Shown: one piece after another, positions 40,101 through 52,366 of the stretch | How positions within the stretch are numbered: the stretch's first letter is position 1 | Layout: every line of letters starts with the position of its first letter | DNA from: Octopus sinensis | Lineage: Eukaryota | Assembly: GCF_006345805.1 (NCBI RefSeq) | Contig: NC_043004.1 | Span: forward strand, 91,760,001 to 91,824,000 | Length of the DNA: 64,000 bases | Direction of reading: 5' to 3' | Made by a program: the position numbers and the translations under genes | Notes under the pieces: generated by a model | Told to the model about the DNA's origin: nothing | Database searches by the model: none | The model's input: the letters and a program-made list of their open reading frames with translations, nothing else

Positions 40101-42460
40101 AATTTAATGTAAGTATGAAAAAAATTTACATATAAATATAAAAATGTGTGCATAGACACTCATAATTCTACACATATATATATACACAATAATACAATAT
40201 AAACAATATATATCAATATACATTAACAAACACAATAATGTTCCATATTGAACTCATAGTTCTATATCCAACATCAAGGAAATACATGTACACTCACATT
40301 TAAATTTAAAGCAGGCATATATATTTAACAGTCCAGTCTATTAAAATTAATATTAATATTAATAATAATAATAATAATAACAACCATGATTGTACCATGT
40401 AAAGCAAGCGGACATCCACATATATACTCAATAAGTCGAATTCATCTGTCCGCTTGGTATTGATTTTCATAGATAGATTCGATTGGCTTATAGTTTTAAA
40501 TTTGAATCACAATGGAAATTTTACGGTTAGTTAGCCAAGAAACACACATACGCACACGCACATCCACAGATCGTGCGCACACACATACATAGTTATATGT
40601 ATACACACACACCCACACACATACACACATACATAGCCACATACACAGCCAAATCATAAATAAATAAATAAATAATATAAGAGGTAGAATCGCAACTATA
40701 CACATGCAAAACAGAGGAACCCAACCGATTGCACATACATGTATGCAGACATCAAGCCATCCCAAACGACACCATGGCTGTGGTATTAACTAAGTAGATC
40801 CACTCACATATTTCCATAAAACAGTAAATGCAAACATACCTATAATTATATCCAGATAGAGAATGTAATTTTTTATAAGGTACATAATTCATATGACACC
40901 GTATTTTTCGTAAACATAGTATTTTATAACTAAAAAGTCCGCAAACTTAACCGCTATGTTTTATTCAAACAATCGCTAAATTATAAAGTATAGAATACCC
41001 ATTTCTGTTTGACTATCAAGAGACATAAAAATATATATATACTAAGTTAACAACGGTTTATAATAATTAAATTATAAGAGATTAATTGTAAGAAGTCAAA
41101 ATACGCTAATATTCTAAGATATATAATCAAAATAACTCCTTATAGCATAAACAGATATCATCCCTACGTAATAAATCCAATGCTATTACAATACTAATAT
41201 TTTTCTATTTAAACCCTCACCAACGAACTAATAGAATTACACTCACATCTACATGTCCATATGTATACTCATGTGTAACAACAGACATACACATACACAC
41301 CATATATTTTCACATATGATGTGCGTGCAAACATTCGTAGTACTTATATATATATTTTTTTAAGCAACAGTGGACACATAAATACATATATAATAATTAA
41401 CAGGATTTAGCATTAAATAATATCAGTGGAGGACTTACCATTAAATAGTATATAAGCAAATAGCAAAAATTAAATTAATTATAAGTTAATAATTGTAATT
41501 ACTTAAAATTAAAATGTAATAAGATAAAATAAGATGAAATAATTAAAATTAAAATGAAAATATAAGTAAAAGCTTGTATAAATATATATATATTATTATA
41601 ATAAATAATGGATATGTATGTATATATCTACATATAAATAAATAAATGAATAAATAAATAGATAAATACCATAGAAAACAAATTAAGATAAATACAAAGG
41701 TACACCTAATATATAGTACTGCTAATATGTATATATCCACATATGCATAAATTAATAGATAGATAGATAAATAACATAAAATAAACTGAAAATATACATT
41801 GAAAGGAGTACATATATAAACTTAGTATATAGGCTACTATTATGTAAATATTTACCTATAGATAAATGAATAAATAAATAGATAAATAACATAAAGTACA
41901 AATCAAGATGAGTAAAAATATAGACTAAATATATAAGACTGCTAATATGTATAAAGCCAAATGTAAGTAAATGAATAGATTTATTAATAAATAACATAAG
42001 ATACAAATTAAGATGAGTACAAAGATAGACTAAATATACAATATATAAGACTGCCAAATAAATACCTGCAAAAACCCATATACTCATCCAAAACAAACAA
42101 TATTCAATATAGACTCTCATTTATTACATATTAGTATTACAGTATCTAAAACCAGGTTCTCTAACTATGATACTTATACACACTCTGCAATTTTGGAAAT
42201 CCCCAAGAATATCCTATTTCTGTGTATATACCAAAATGTATATGTTCTTTCATGCCACAGTGTATTTCCCTTATAAACCAGGACAAAAAACCAAAAACCA
42301 AAAACAATTAATACAGAACATATATATTTTTATATATATGTGTAGCTACAAAATTATAAAATTATAAATTTATAAGTTACATGTTTCAAAATTGTAAAAG
42401 ACTACTAGTATAATTAGATATAGAGGAAAGTTAAAATATTACTAGTAGAAAAGCTAAGTT

Positions 42461-43170
42461 CTATTTAAATCTAGAGAAAGTGTACTGTAGTTTATGAATG
42501 CAAAAATAATTTTTTTCATTAATATTATTAATAATAGGCCTACCAGCTTTGATAATGAAAAAAATTTCATTAATACATAGAGAGCATTTTTTATTTTTTC
42601 TATTATATACAGGTGCAGAATTTAGTATTTTCCAATTTAATTTAAAATCTAAGTTCTTACTTTTGAGTTCCCAAATATACGCACTTAACCCCGTAGAGTA
42701 CATCCTATTTTTATTTATAAAAGTATATCTATGATAATTAAGTCTCTGTTTCATGCTATTCATAGTTGCTCCGATGTATACCCTACTGCTAAATTGTGTA
42801 TCCACAGTGCATTGATAAACTACCTCTTTCTTGAGGCATCGATTACCAAACACACATTTATTTCTGTTTCTGCAATTACAGTTATCAACAGGTTGGGGTA
42901 ATCTAACATTGTCCAAAATGTCTGTAACACTATTCCCATTAATAGTGTTACAATTATTTTTACTATCCAATCCCAAATTCAACGAATGATTTGATTTATC
43001 GTTATTGGCGATATTCCTATCAATAGTAATAGTATTGGTGGTAGTGGTATCATCTATTACATTAATATTTTTCCTTACAGGTACGGTACCATCATAATTT
43101 GCAAGAGGGTTGTTCGCGTTAGCTCCAAAAGATATATTGTTCCTAAGATTATAGAGAGGCAAATATAACA
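42461..43170 (-). mobile_element. Penelope-like element C-terminal GIY-YIG endonuclease (open frame)
   Basis: CNCRNRNKC..GNRCLKKEVVY...VYIG...KQRLNYHRYTF...LSAYIWELK...CSLC..E...CIH. 5'-truncated. Confidence 0.85.
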
Positions 43171-43174
43171 GTAA

Positions 43175-43365
43175 ACAACATGAAATACGAAAATAAATGA
43201 GTTTAGTACGCAAACAACGAGAGAAACAGGACAAGTAGCACAAGAACGAGCCTTCATCAGTTGTCGGCTGATGAAGAGTCGTTCTTTGTGCTACTTGTCC
43301 TGTTTTTTATTTTTTTCTCTCGTTGTTTGTGTATTGAACTCATTTGTTTACGCATTTCATGTTGT
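43175..43365. repeat. inverted repeat of Penelope-like terminal sequence
   Basis: 43175-43260 inverts 43268-43365 around TTGTCGG. Confidence 0.8.
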
Positions 43366-43390
43366 TTAATGTTGGTGACGTCCTGTACCC

Positions 43391-43450
<60 letters not shown>

Positions 43451-43466
43451 GATAATGATAATGATG

Positions 43467-43503
<37 letters not shown>

Positions 43504-43506
43504 TAG

Positions 43507-44199
43507 TTTGAGGGAATATTATTCCTAACTTACAGGGAAAACTTCAATTTAGAAATACTAAATCAAATTTCACAAAATATAATATATATATGAATTAGAA
43601 AAAAACACCTTTTATCAATTCAAAATGAACAATTAAATTACACCATCTAGAAAATTACATATAATAGAAATATTAAATATAAAATAACAATAATATACCG
43701 ATGATTAAGTAATGTGCAAAATAATAAATAAAACGTATGATAAAATCTTTAATATTATTAATAAGCTTTAAAATATATTCCTTTCTTGATGGTATAGGAA
43801 TATCCTTCAAAGATGAATTCCAAAAGATGAATTCATTATCGTCGGTTATGGAACTTACAGGTAAAATAGAACCACTCTTTTGGAATTCATCTTTGAAGGA
43901 TATTCCTATACCATCTAGAAAGGAATATATGTTAAAATTATTAATAATATTAAAGATTTTATTATACGTTTTATTTATTATTTTGCACATTACTTAATCA
44001 TCGGTATATTATTGTTATTTTATATTTAATATTTCTATTATATGTAATTTTCTAGATGGTGTAATTTAATTGTTCATTTTGAATTGATAAAAGGTGGATT
44101 TTTTCTAATTTATATATATATATTATATTTTGTGAAAATTTGATTTAGTATTTCTAAATTGAAGTTTTCCCTGTAAGTTAGGAATAATATTCCCTCAAA
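43507..44199. mobile_element. large palindrome (~321-324-bp arms, 48-nt spacer) of a Penelope-like 5' region
   Basis: Arms 43507-43827 and 43876-44199; encodes the PLE N-terminal motif SLKDIPIPSRKEY.LKL in both orientations. Confidence 0.85.
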
Positions 44200-44209
44200 T
44201 TATTACATC

Positions 44210-46280
44210 ACTGCTCAATGCAGAGTTGAAGATTTTGGCCAAGGTGCTAGCCAAGAGATTGGCGCTTGTCGTGGATAAGCTGATTGACAAGGCGCAGACA
44301 TGCGCCGTGCCGACCAGGTCGATACACTATAATCTCCATCTCATGTGCTACATCATAGAGAGGGTGGGTAACGACACTGGTGCGGGTGGGGCTTTGATCA
44401 ATTTAGATCAGAGTAAAGCCTTCGATAGAGTCGACCATCGATACCTGGCAGCTATTCTCATGGCAGCCGGTTTCGGTCCAGTCTTCCGCGGGTGGATCGC
44501 TGCTTTGTACAGCAACATCTGCTCAGTGATACGGGTGAACGGTCACCTTTCGGAGCCGTTTGACATCTCGCGTTCGGTTCGCCTCCCTCTTGTACGTATT
44601 GACTCTCGAACCATTACTGCGCAAGCTAGAGGCTTTGAGGGGTATCCCGCGCGATCTAGGAGGTGGAAACAGCGTGTCTGCCTATGCCGACGACGTCACC
44701 GTGATGGTGTTGAGCCACAGGCACATTGACCTTATTGGCGAGACACTAAACGAGTACGAAGCGGTAACAGGTGCAAAGATTAACGCGGAAAAGTCCGCGG
44801 GCTTGCAACTGGACACCTGGAGAGGCAAGTCCATACCGTCCAACAGTGTCGTAGGGCACTGGACAGACGGGCGCGTTAAACTGCTCGGGGTCTGGTTCGG
44901 TCCAGACCTCCAATCTCAACCAGAAATGGGCCGAGAGGAAACTGTCCTTGAAAAGTCGAGCGGAGGTGGCGAATGCGAACATCGCATCCGTCATCTATTA
45001 CCGATTGACCGTCGTCCCTTGTCACGACCGCTGGTTGGCCAAGCTGGTGCGCTTCCTCTTTGACTTCTTGTGGAAGGGTCAGGTACCACTGGTCAGGCGA
45101 TCTATCTGCTGTCAACGGCCGCTGAACGGAGGCCTTGGCATGCCGTGGTTACTGATGCACAGACATGCGCTCAGGCTACGGCATCTCAAGTGTTTCCAAG
45201 ACGGTGAACAGGTGTTGTCATCTTTTGTCAGACGCGACTTTCCGCAGCTCGTCTCTGACAGAGTTGCAGTCTTGGATCAAACACAGACCGAGAAAGGGCA
45301 CTTGGCACCTCGAGTGCCGTCAAGCTCTCTCCACCCTCCACCAGGCGGGCTATACGATCGGTAGTGGTTCCACTCTAGCGTTCTATAGAGGTTTAGTGGA
45401 AGAAAAGTGCGACGACGTTCTCGGGGAAACTCTAGGCGTTGACGATAACGAGCTAAACAGTCTGTTCGGGAGAACTTTCGGGCCGGGGCCAATGGATAAT
45501 TTCCAAAGGTCCCTCGCCTGGCAGTGCTACCGAGGGGCTCTGCCTATTGAGGATAAACTCTACCGGCACGGAAGTGCCGTCAGACGGGCCTGCCCGAGGT
45601 GCGCCTAGGACGACGAAACCGTTCTTCACGCACTCGTCCAGTGCCCGAGTATTGCTGAACTATGGATTTATGTCGAACAGCTACTGTCGCGTATAGAAGG
45701 ATCCGGCTATCAGCTGAATCCATAGTGAAGATTGCCCCGCCGACCTCCTTTAACCGGGAGGGCAAGGCAGTTTTCGTTTGCCTAGTGGCTGTAGCGAAAG
45801 AGGTGATATGGTGGACTCGTTTGAAAGGGCTAAGGTCAGACACTTTCCTCTTTGGCCAAGGCCTCATCAGCTTTTTCAAGTTTCACTTGAAAAGGAAGAT
45901 AAGAGTAGAGAGGGAAGTGATGTCTGGTAGCAAGTTTATTGAAAGGTAGGTGAATGTCGCAAGAATGGCCAGTATGAACGGACCAATTCTGAGGATACAC
46001 CTGTGAGAATTAAAAGGAAATATAAAAGTAGAAAGGGGCTCTCTACCCCACTTTTGATCAGGCTCCCGTGGCTTTTATAGGTTTTTCCACGAGTAACTTT
46101 TCGAAGCGCCTCCCCCTATTGAGAGTTTTAATTGTTACTTACATTTCGTTGTTATCCTGCTTTTGTACTTTTGTACACGGACCTTTTTCAAACTGACAAA
46201 ACCTTTTGTAACTTTCGTCCTGTGTTTTGTCCCTTTATGTTTTAATTGAATTTTGTCAGCCCTTGTGGCCAATAAACGAA
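44210..46280 (+). mobile_element. L1/Tx1-like LINE 3' half (RT, zinc knuckle, 3' UTR, (TTA)n tail)
   Basis: DQSKAFDRVDH, LEPLLRKL, YADD, CPRC...ETVLHALVQC; frameshifted; tail at 46285-46365. Confidence 0.9.
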
Positions 46281-46283
46281 CGA

Positions 46284-46400
<117 letters not shown>

Positions 46401-46476
46401 CATGCAAGCACACACATACATACACACATATGTTTGTACATGTGTAATATAAATTAATTTCTTTTTTTCTTTTCAG

Positions 46477-46710
46477 AAAATATAGCTTTAAAACGCATTG
46501 TCAAGCAGAGTAGTACCGCTTATGGTGGAGTCGCTGAAAAAGCTGTGGATGGTTTCACTTGTACTTATTACGACGAACGTAAAAAAGAATATTCTTGTAG
46601 CCATACTAACGACAATCCAAAGCAAGCGCCATTTTGGATGGTCTACCTTGATGAACCGACTACACTGCATTATATGCAGATTTTTAACCGAGTCGATAAC
46701 GATAAGAAAT
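46477..46710 (+). CDS. coding exon 3, F-type lectin (FTP) domain N-half (NIALKRIVKQSSTAYGGVAEKAVDG...CSHT...PFWMVYLD...IFNRVD)
   Basis: ttttttcttttcag acceptor, GTAAAC donor, 234 nt, phase 1-1. FTP motifs N-x-A-L...QSS...AVDG, CSHT, WxVxL, IFNR. Confidence 0.93.
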
Positions 46711-46754
46711 GTAAACAGAAAAACACTTTAAAATATGAGTTCTATAAATATATT

Positions 46755-46820
<66 letters not shown>

Positions 46821-46821
<1 letters not shown>

Positions 46822-46969
46822 TTTATTTAAAGCAGCAGAAAATTCAACAAAACCTGTTACTCTGAGTTTCCCGTTGCCGTTCATCGGACTAGCAAAAACT
46901 GTCCGATGAACGACAACGGGAAACTCAGAGTAACAGGTTTTGTTGAATTTTCTGCTGCTGTAAATAAAG
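46821..46969. repeat. hairpin, 69-bp arms (2 mismatches), 11-nt loop; contains a hammerhead variant
   Basis: 46821-46889 vs 46901-46969; + strand CTGT-CCGATGA-10nt-GAAA-CTC-A-GAG-TA-ACAG at 46899-46936. Confidence 0.85.
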
Positions 46970-47038
46970 CATATTACTCTACCACTGGTATTTGAGTACT
47001 CTTTTTTCCACCTTGTTTCACATTTATGTGTTTACTCC

Positions 47039-47088
<50 letters not shown>

Positions 47089-47329
47089 ACATATGTGTGT
47101 GTGTGTGTGTGTGTGTATGAGTAAACACTCATTAAAGTTCTTTAATCTTCTCTCACACTTTCTTTATCGGCTTGTCAATCTTTCTACTTCTCTCTCTCTC
47201 TCTCTCCGTTTCTTTGTCTCTGCCACTCTCTCTATGCCTTTCTCTCTCTTTGTTTCTTTGTTTCTTTCCCTCTGTCTGCCTCTCTCTTTATTTCTTTGTC
47301 TTCCCCCCCCTCTCTCAAATCTAGTATTC

Positions 47330-48300
47330 TGTAGACATGCCTTGTGCAGTTTTTAAAAGATTTATTCCGTTTGGACATCATACTAATGAATTCAGAAATT
47401 TCTCTTATGGAATTTCTGCTCAAGCAGCACACATCATGTTGAACAAAGTTTGGTTTCCTTCGCTTATTTTGCACTACTTTATCCAGTATGTCCCAAAGAT
47501 GTCCAATGGTGTTCATATCAGGAGATCGGTTTGGCCAAAGAACACTTCTGATTCCCTTTTCTTGCGACTCATTGGTCATTTTGGTTGCTTGGCACGGAGC
47601 ACTATTCTCCATGAATGAGTCATTTTTCTTATCATCTGAACATGAGAAAAGTGGAGAAAATACATCTGCGTCCAGTATGCTCCAAATACGTTCAATGAGG
47701 TTCATGCCATGAGATCAACTTGGCCAAAGTACACTTCTGATTTCGTTTTTCACTTGCGACTCATTGGTCTTTTTGGCTGTTTGTCACGGAGAACCATTTT
47801 CCATGGTTGTATAATTTTTCTTATAATATGACCATTGGAGGAAGAGGAAAAAAAATAATCTCCATCCGAAAGATGAAGATATATTTTTCCGAGTTCGTCT
47901 TTCTAGTACACGTCACCAGTTCTAAACGACCAGCGCACCAGATTGCTACCCACATCATTGAAACACCGCCGTGTTTCACGATTGGTTGTAACCGATTTAA
48001 ATCAAAGTCCTGATTTAGCAGTTTCCAGACCACACCAGTTTGCTGTTTAAGAATTGTGCAAATATTGATTCGTCCGAGAAGATGACTGTTTCCCAGAACC
48101 TTATGGATCTTTCTATCATTTCATTTGCCCACTTCTTTCGTCTTTGGATATTTGCTGGTAGAAGACGTTACCTTCTAGCTGCACTGCTACAGAAGCCAAG
48201 TTGATGGACATACATCACAATATTACTCCGACTGATTTGGAGTTTCCCAGCAAATTTAGCTGCCTTACAACGTTGATTGTTTTCAACAATCCGCTTATAT
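47330..48300 (-). mobile_element. degraded Tc1/mariner transposase
   Basis: WETVIFSDES, VKHGGVSMMW, ENSAPC, WPNRSPDMNTIGHLW (DDE signature); internal ~110-bp duplication. Confidence 0.8.
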
Positions 48301-48444
48301 ACAGCTGTAGAAACATTGCCAGGTAAGACCGGAGCCTGGTGCAGCCTTCTGGCTTCCCAGATCCCCGGTCGAACCGTCCAACCCATGCTAGCATGGAGAA
48401 CGGACGTTAAACGACGATGATGATGATGATGATATATATATGTA

Positions 48445-48501
<57 letters not shown>

Positions 48502-48779
48502 ATACATGTATATAGACACACACACACTGTTTTATATTTAACGCTCTCGGATAATGCAAAAGATAAGTCTAATGGAAAGGAAACACTAATTAAAGAAGTC
48601 CTTAAATAAGTTCCCTCCCCTTATTTGGTTACGATAACAAGGGTTTCAATTGATCAGAAATTTACTTCCAAATCCTGTTTTCTGATTAGGTTAAAATGAT
48701 CAAACTTTAAACCTCTGTAACGTTTTTCTAAATCAATATACCAAATTTGAAAAATTTCACTTAATTTTAAAATTTCAAA

Positions 48780-48811
<32 letters not shown>

Positions 48812-48947
48812 TTCTCTCCCTCTTTCTCTGTCTTTTAAGCTTTTCTTTATGTAAACTCTCTCTCACTCTTTTCTTATTGTAAACTCTCTCTCACTTTTTC
48901 TCAACACATGTATATTGTCCACTCTGAGAGTGCGCACGTTTATGTGT

Positions 48948-48979
<32 letters not shown>

Positions 48980-50170
48980 TTAGAGTGTGTATGCATGTGT
49001 GCAAGGAAATTCATTAAAGCGACAGGGTCGAAAGATCCTTGCAAAGCATCAGTGGCAAACTCAGGCAACATCCGAACAGAGAAGGAACAAACTTGATAGT
49101 AAACGACACGAGTCCCCCTTTGATTCCTGTTTTATTAGTGTGGACCTCCATGGCCATTTGATGTTTTAAAAAGTCCTTCTATATTTTTATAATTAGATAT
49201 TATTAGGAATTGTATAAAATAATTGTTAAAACATTTTGTGTATTGTAAAAATATATCCAATAAAAATATATCACATTTGTCGAGAGCCGTTAGATGATAA
49301 GCGCACAGACTCAAGAGTCAATGTCCTATTTCAATTCCAACGACTTCAATTTTCAGTGAGTCTTAGTTTTGCATTGACCAACAATAAATCGCAAGGGTAA
49401 AGATTTTCGGTTGCCGGCTTGAAGAGCCCTGCTTCGCCCATGGTCGGCTTTACGTTTCATGTTCAAGAGTAGGAAGTATGTACACTCTTTACATCTATGC
49501 ACCAAATGGTAAATTAAAAGGACTACATTTACATTATAAATTGACCAAAATAACGCAGAAATCCGTTCTGATAAAGAGGCCTATCCGCTGGGGATACATG
49601 GTCTGAAATGGAATAAAAACATTGAAATAAAGGCAATCCGTTGTCTAAATCACCCCGCAACGACGGGCTACTCAATATATATATATATATATATAATATA
49701 TATATTACAAAATATAAAGTTATATCTTGAGTGACAACAACACTCAGGATATACAACGGACTGGAAATAGAAGTGCTCCAATGAGCTGTATACACTTTTT
49801 TATCCAAGGGGAGGCAATAGGAGCAACAACCACAGGAACACCACAAAATTCAAAGATAGACGAAACGCATGCAAATCTTATATACTAGTTTATATCTATA
49901 CAATCCGACATATTAGAAATTTAAAATTCAGTAATATATAAGTATCAAATACAAATAAAAATATAAGTACAAATATAAATATAAAAAATATAAATATAAA
50001 TATAAATTTTGCATATAACACGCTTAAAGCTGTTAGAATAAGAGGAATAAATATAGTGATAATAAAATAAAAATATAGCATATCAAGATACGAGTAAAAT
50101 TCCGGCAAATAGTACATAAAATATTATACACATACAAGCTTACAAAAATATAAGATATACAGAAGTCCAT

Positions 50171-50263
50171 CATCTACGGGCCGTTTCGGGGATGTGCCAA
50201 TCAATACTAGATATATCAGTACTTAAAATAGTACTTAAAATTGGCACTCCCCTCGTCAGGATG
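50171..50263 (-). ncRNA. type I hammerhead motif with extended stem II, in non-coding element ~49860-50290
   Basis: Minus strand: CATC-CTGACGA-GGGGA-GTGCCAAT..ATTGGCAC-A-TCCCC-GAAAC-GGCCC-GTA-GATG; all core residues canonical. Confidence 0.75.
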
Positions 50264-50360
50264 TCCTATACAACACATATAAAACATGAACAAACACACA
50301 AATACACAAATACATAGTCACATACCGGCCATTCTCAGACCACGATATTTACGTATATAT

Positions 50361-50480
50361 AAGGAAAATAAGACAAGGTAGAAAATTCTAAAATAATGTT
50401 ATCATGAACAGCATTTTACTAAAATTTTCTTCATGATACAATTATTTTAACATTTTCTACCTTGTCTTATTTTCCTTGTA
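50361..50480. repeat. imperfect inverted repeat (~50-bp arms)
   Basis: aaggaaaataagacaaggtagaaaat ... attttctaccttgtcttattttcctt. Confidence 0.75.
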
Positions 50481-50724
50481 CATATCAACTCGTGTGCTCC
50501 TTTTCAACCTTGTTTTTTCGTTGTTTGAAGAAGTCCGATTCCATGTTTTTGTTTTTATGTTTTCGTTTCTCGTTGTGCTCTACGTTTATTTGGTGTCCTG
50601 TACCCATATATGCATGTATATATACATATAAATGTAGGTATGTACATATATGTATGTATGCAGATGTTTTACTTATTAATTTGTTATTATATGATTGAAC
50701 GCCACGCATCCACTTCCAAGTAAG

Positions 50725-50763
<39 letters not shown>

Positions 50764-50879
50764 CATTCAGTGTTGGTGAGTGAATGTGATAATGTAGCGC
50801 TCAATACATATTGTAGAACAAATAGTTTATGTAACTTCAATATTTTTCTCGCAACTCGAATTTCAATAAACTATATACT

Positions 50880-50910
<31 letters not shown>

Positions 50911-51787
50911 TTAATTAAAGGATGTGCTGAATACCGTGCACAAATCCTTAATTTTTTTGAACTCTCAAGCTGTTTAGAAAACAAATATAAAACAAAATAT
51001 TTGTGAATAATCGTTAGGAGATCCTAAGTTTGGCGAGAATTCAAGAAATCTAAACGAAATTCTCTTGTAAATTTATTCGTTACTGAAAAAAAATTAAATG
51101 CTTTTTGAACAAGTGGCACATATATTTTTCGCTCTGTTACCCGTTGTCAGTCAAGTAAGTTTACGCCTTTGCTCATATATGAGCATATACATCCACATGT
51201 ATGTGCGTATAGGCTGATTCGTAAAGGTCGGCTAAGAACAATCGCATGTGTAACCAGCCATGCAGAACAAACCAACAGTACTAAGAAATGAAATGCCAAT
51301 CCCTTTAAAACAGTAACCACTTTAACAGTAGCAGAATCGCCATCCCACTACATCTACTCATTCAAAGCAGTATGGCAACGGTCCTTCAGCAACATTACAC
51401 CGTGATAAACTACTAAATTCAGGCCACGAAAGACAGAGACGATTTTCTTGAAGTAGAGAATGTGAACTTACGGAGACAATATTTATATATCGCCTGAGGA
51501 AACACAACTAGACCTCATAATGCAGGGAAACAGTTGCATCATCAAGTACGTGCACGGCTAGAGAACTACGTTGCGTGGAAACAATTGTAGTAATTAAGAA
51601 ATATATGTCCAACCGTACTCCTTGTTGACTCCAAATATTTTCGTGTGTGTGTGTGTGTGTGTGTGCGTGCGGTGAGTATGTTGTGCGTCAATGTCTCTTT
51701 GTACACATGCGAATGCATGTGTGTGTGTGCGTGCGTCTGAAATATACATATATGCATAATACTTTTATATTTTCATCTATCCTTTAG

Positions 51788-51985
51788 ATTCCTATCGACT
51801 TCAGAAATTCTACGTAACGGTAGCAAACACTTCGGATATTGATGATAATGTAGAGTGTTATTCCCATAACGACACTAAGTTCAGTGCACATATTTTCCAC
51901 TGCACGAAGCCCGTCGTTGCTTCAGTTGTCAGGGTACGCCTGTATCATTTGGAACCTCTTACAATTTGTGAATTTAAAATTTACA
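51788..51985 (+). CDS. coding exon 4, F-type lectin domain C-half (SYRLQKFYVTV...HIFHCTKPVVASVVRVRLYHLEPLTICEFKIY)
   Basis: ttttcatctatcctttag acceptor, GTAAGT donor, 198 nt, phase 1-1, in frame with exon 3. Ends in the FTP-typical LTICEx.Y motif. Not in the ORF track. Confidence 0.9.
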
Positions 51986-52026
51986 GTAAGTATTTCGATA
52001 TTTGTTTGTGAACTGTTTCGTTTTGA

Positions 52027-52365
52027 TTTTAAATATATATATTGTTACGGCGGCGAGCTGGCAGAAACGTTAGCACGCCGGGCGAAATGCGTAGCCGTAT
52101 TTCGTCTACCGTTACGCTCTTAGTTCAAATTCCGCCGAGGTCGACTTTGCCTTTCATCCTTTCGGGGTCGATCAATTAAGTACCAGTTACGCACTGAGGT
52201 CGATGTAATCGACTTATTCCGTTTGTCTGTCCTTGTTTGTCCTCTCTGTGTTTAGCCCCTTGTGGGCAGTAAAGAAATAGGTATTTCGTCTGCCGTTACG
52301 TTCTGAGTTCAAATTCCGCCGAGGTCGACTTTGCCTTTCATCCTTTCGGGGTTGATTAAATAATT
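52027..52365 (+). mobile_element. SINE family A, full plus partial tandem copy
   Basis: Consensus match, 40 nt downstream of exon 4. Confidence 0.88.
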
Positions 52366-52366
52366 G

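Noticed and set aside
43254-43274. Two CTGATGA motifs at the centre of an inverted repeat
   Set aside because: No downstream stem II-GAAA; half-motifs only.
49529-49846. 105-aa minus-strand ORF, and possible extra exon of the lectin gene in this interval
   Set aside because: No recognisable domain, it spans a TA tract, and exons 3 and 4 already join in frame.
51460-51560. Minus-strand mini-exon (tttcctcag...gtaagt)
   Set aside because: The same sequence recurs at ~25800 and ~28310, so it belongs to a repeat family; no coding partner.
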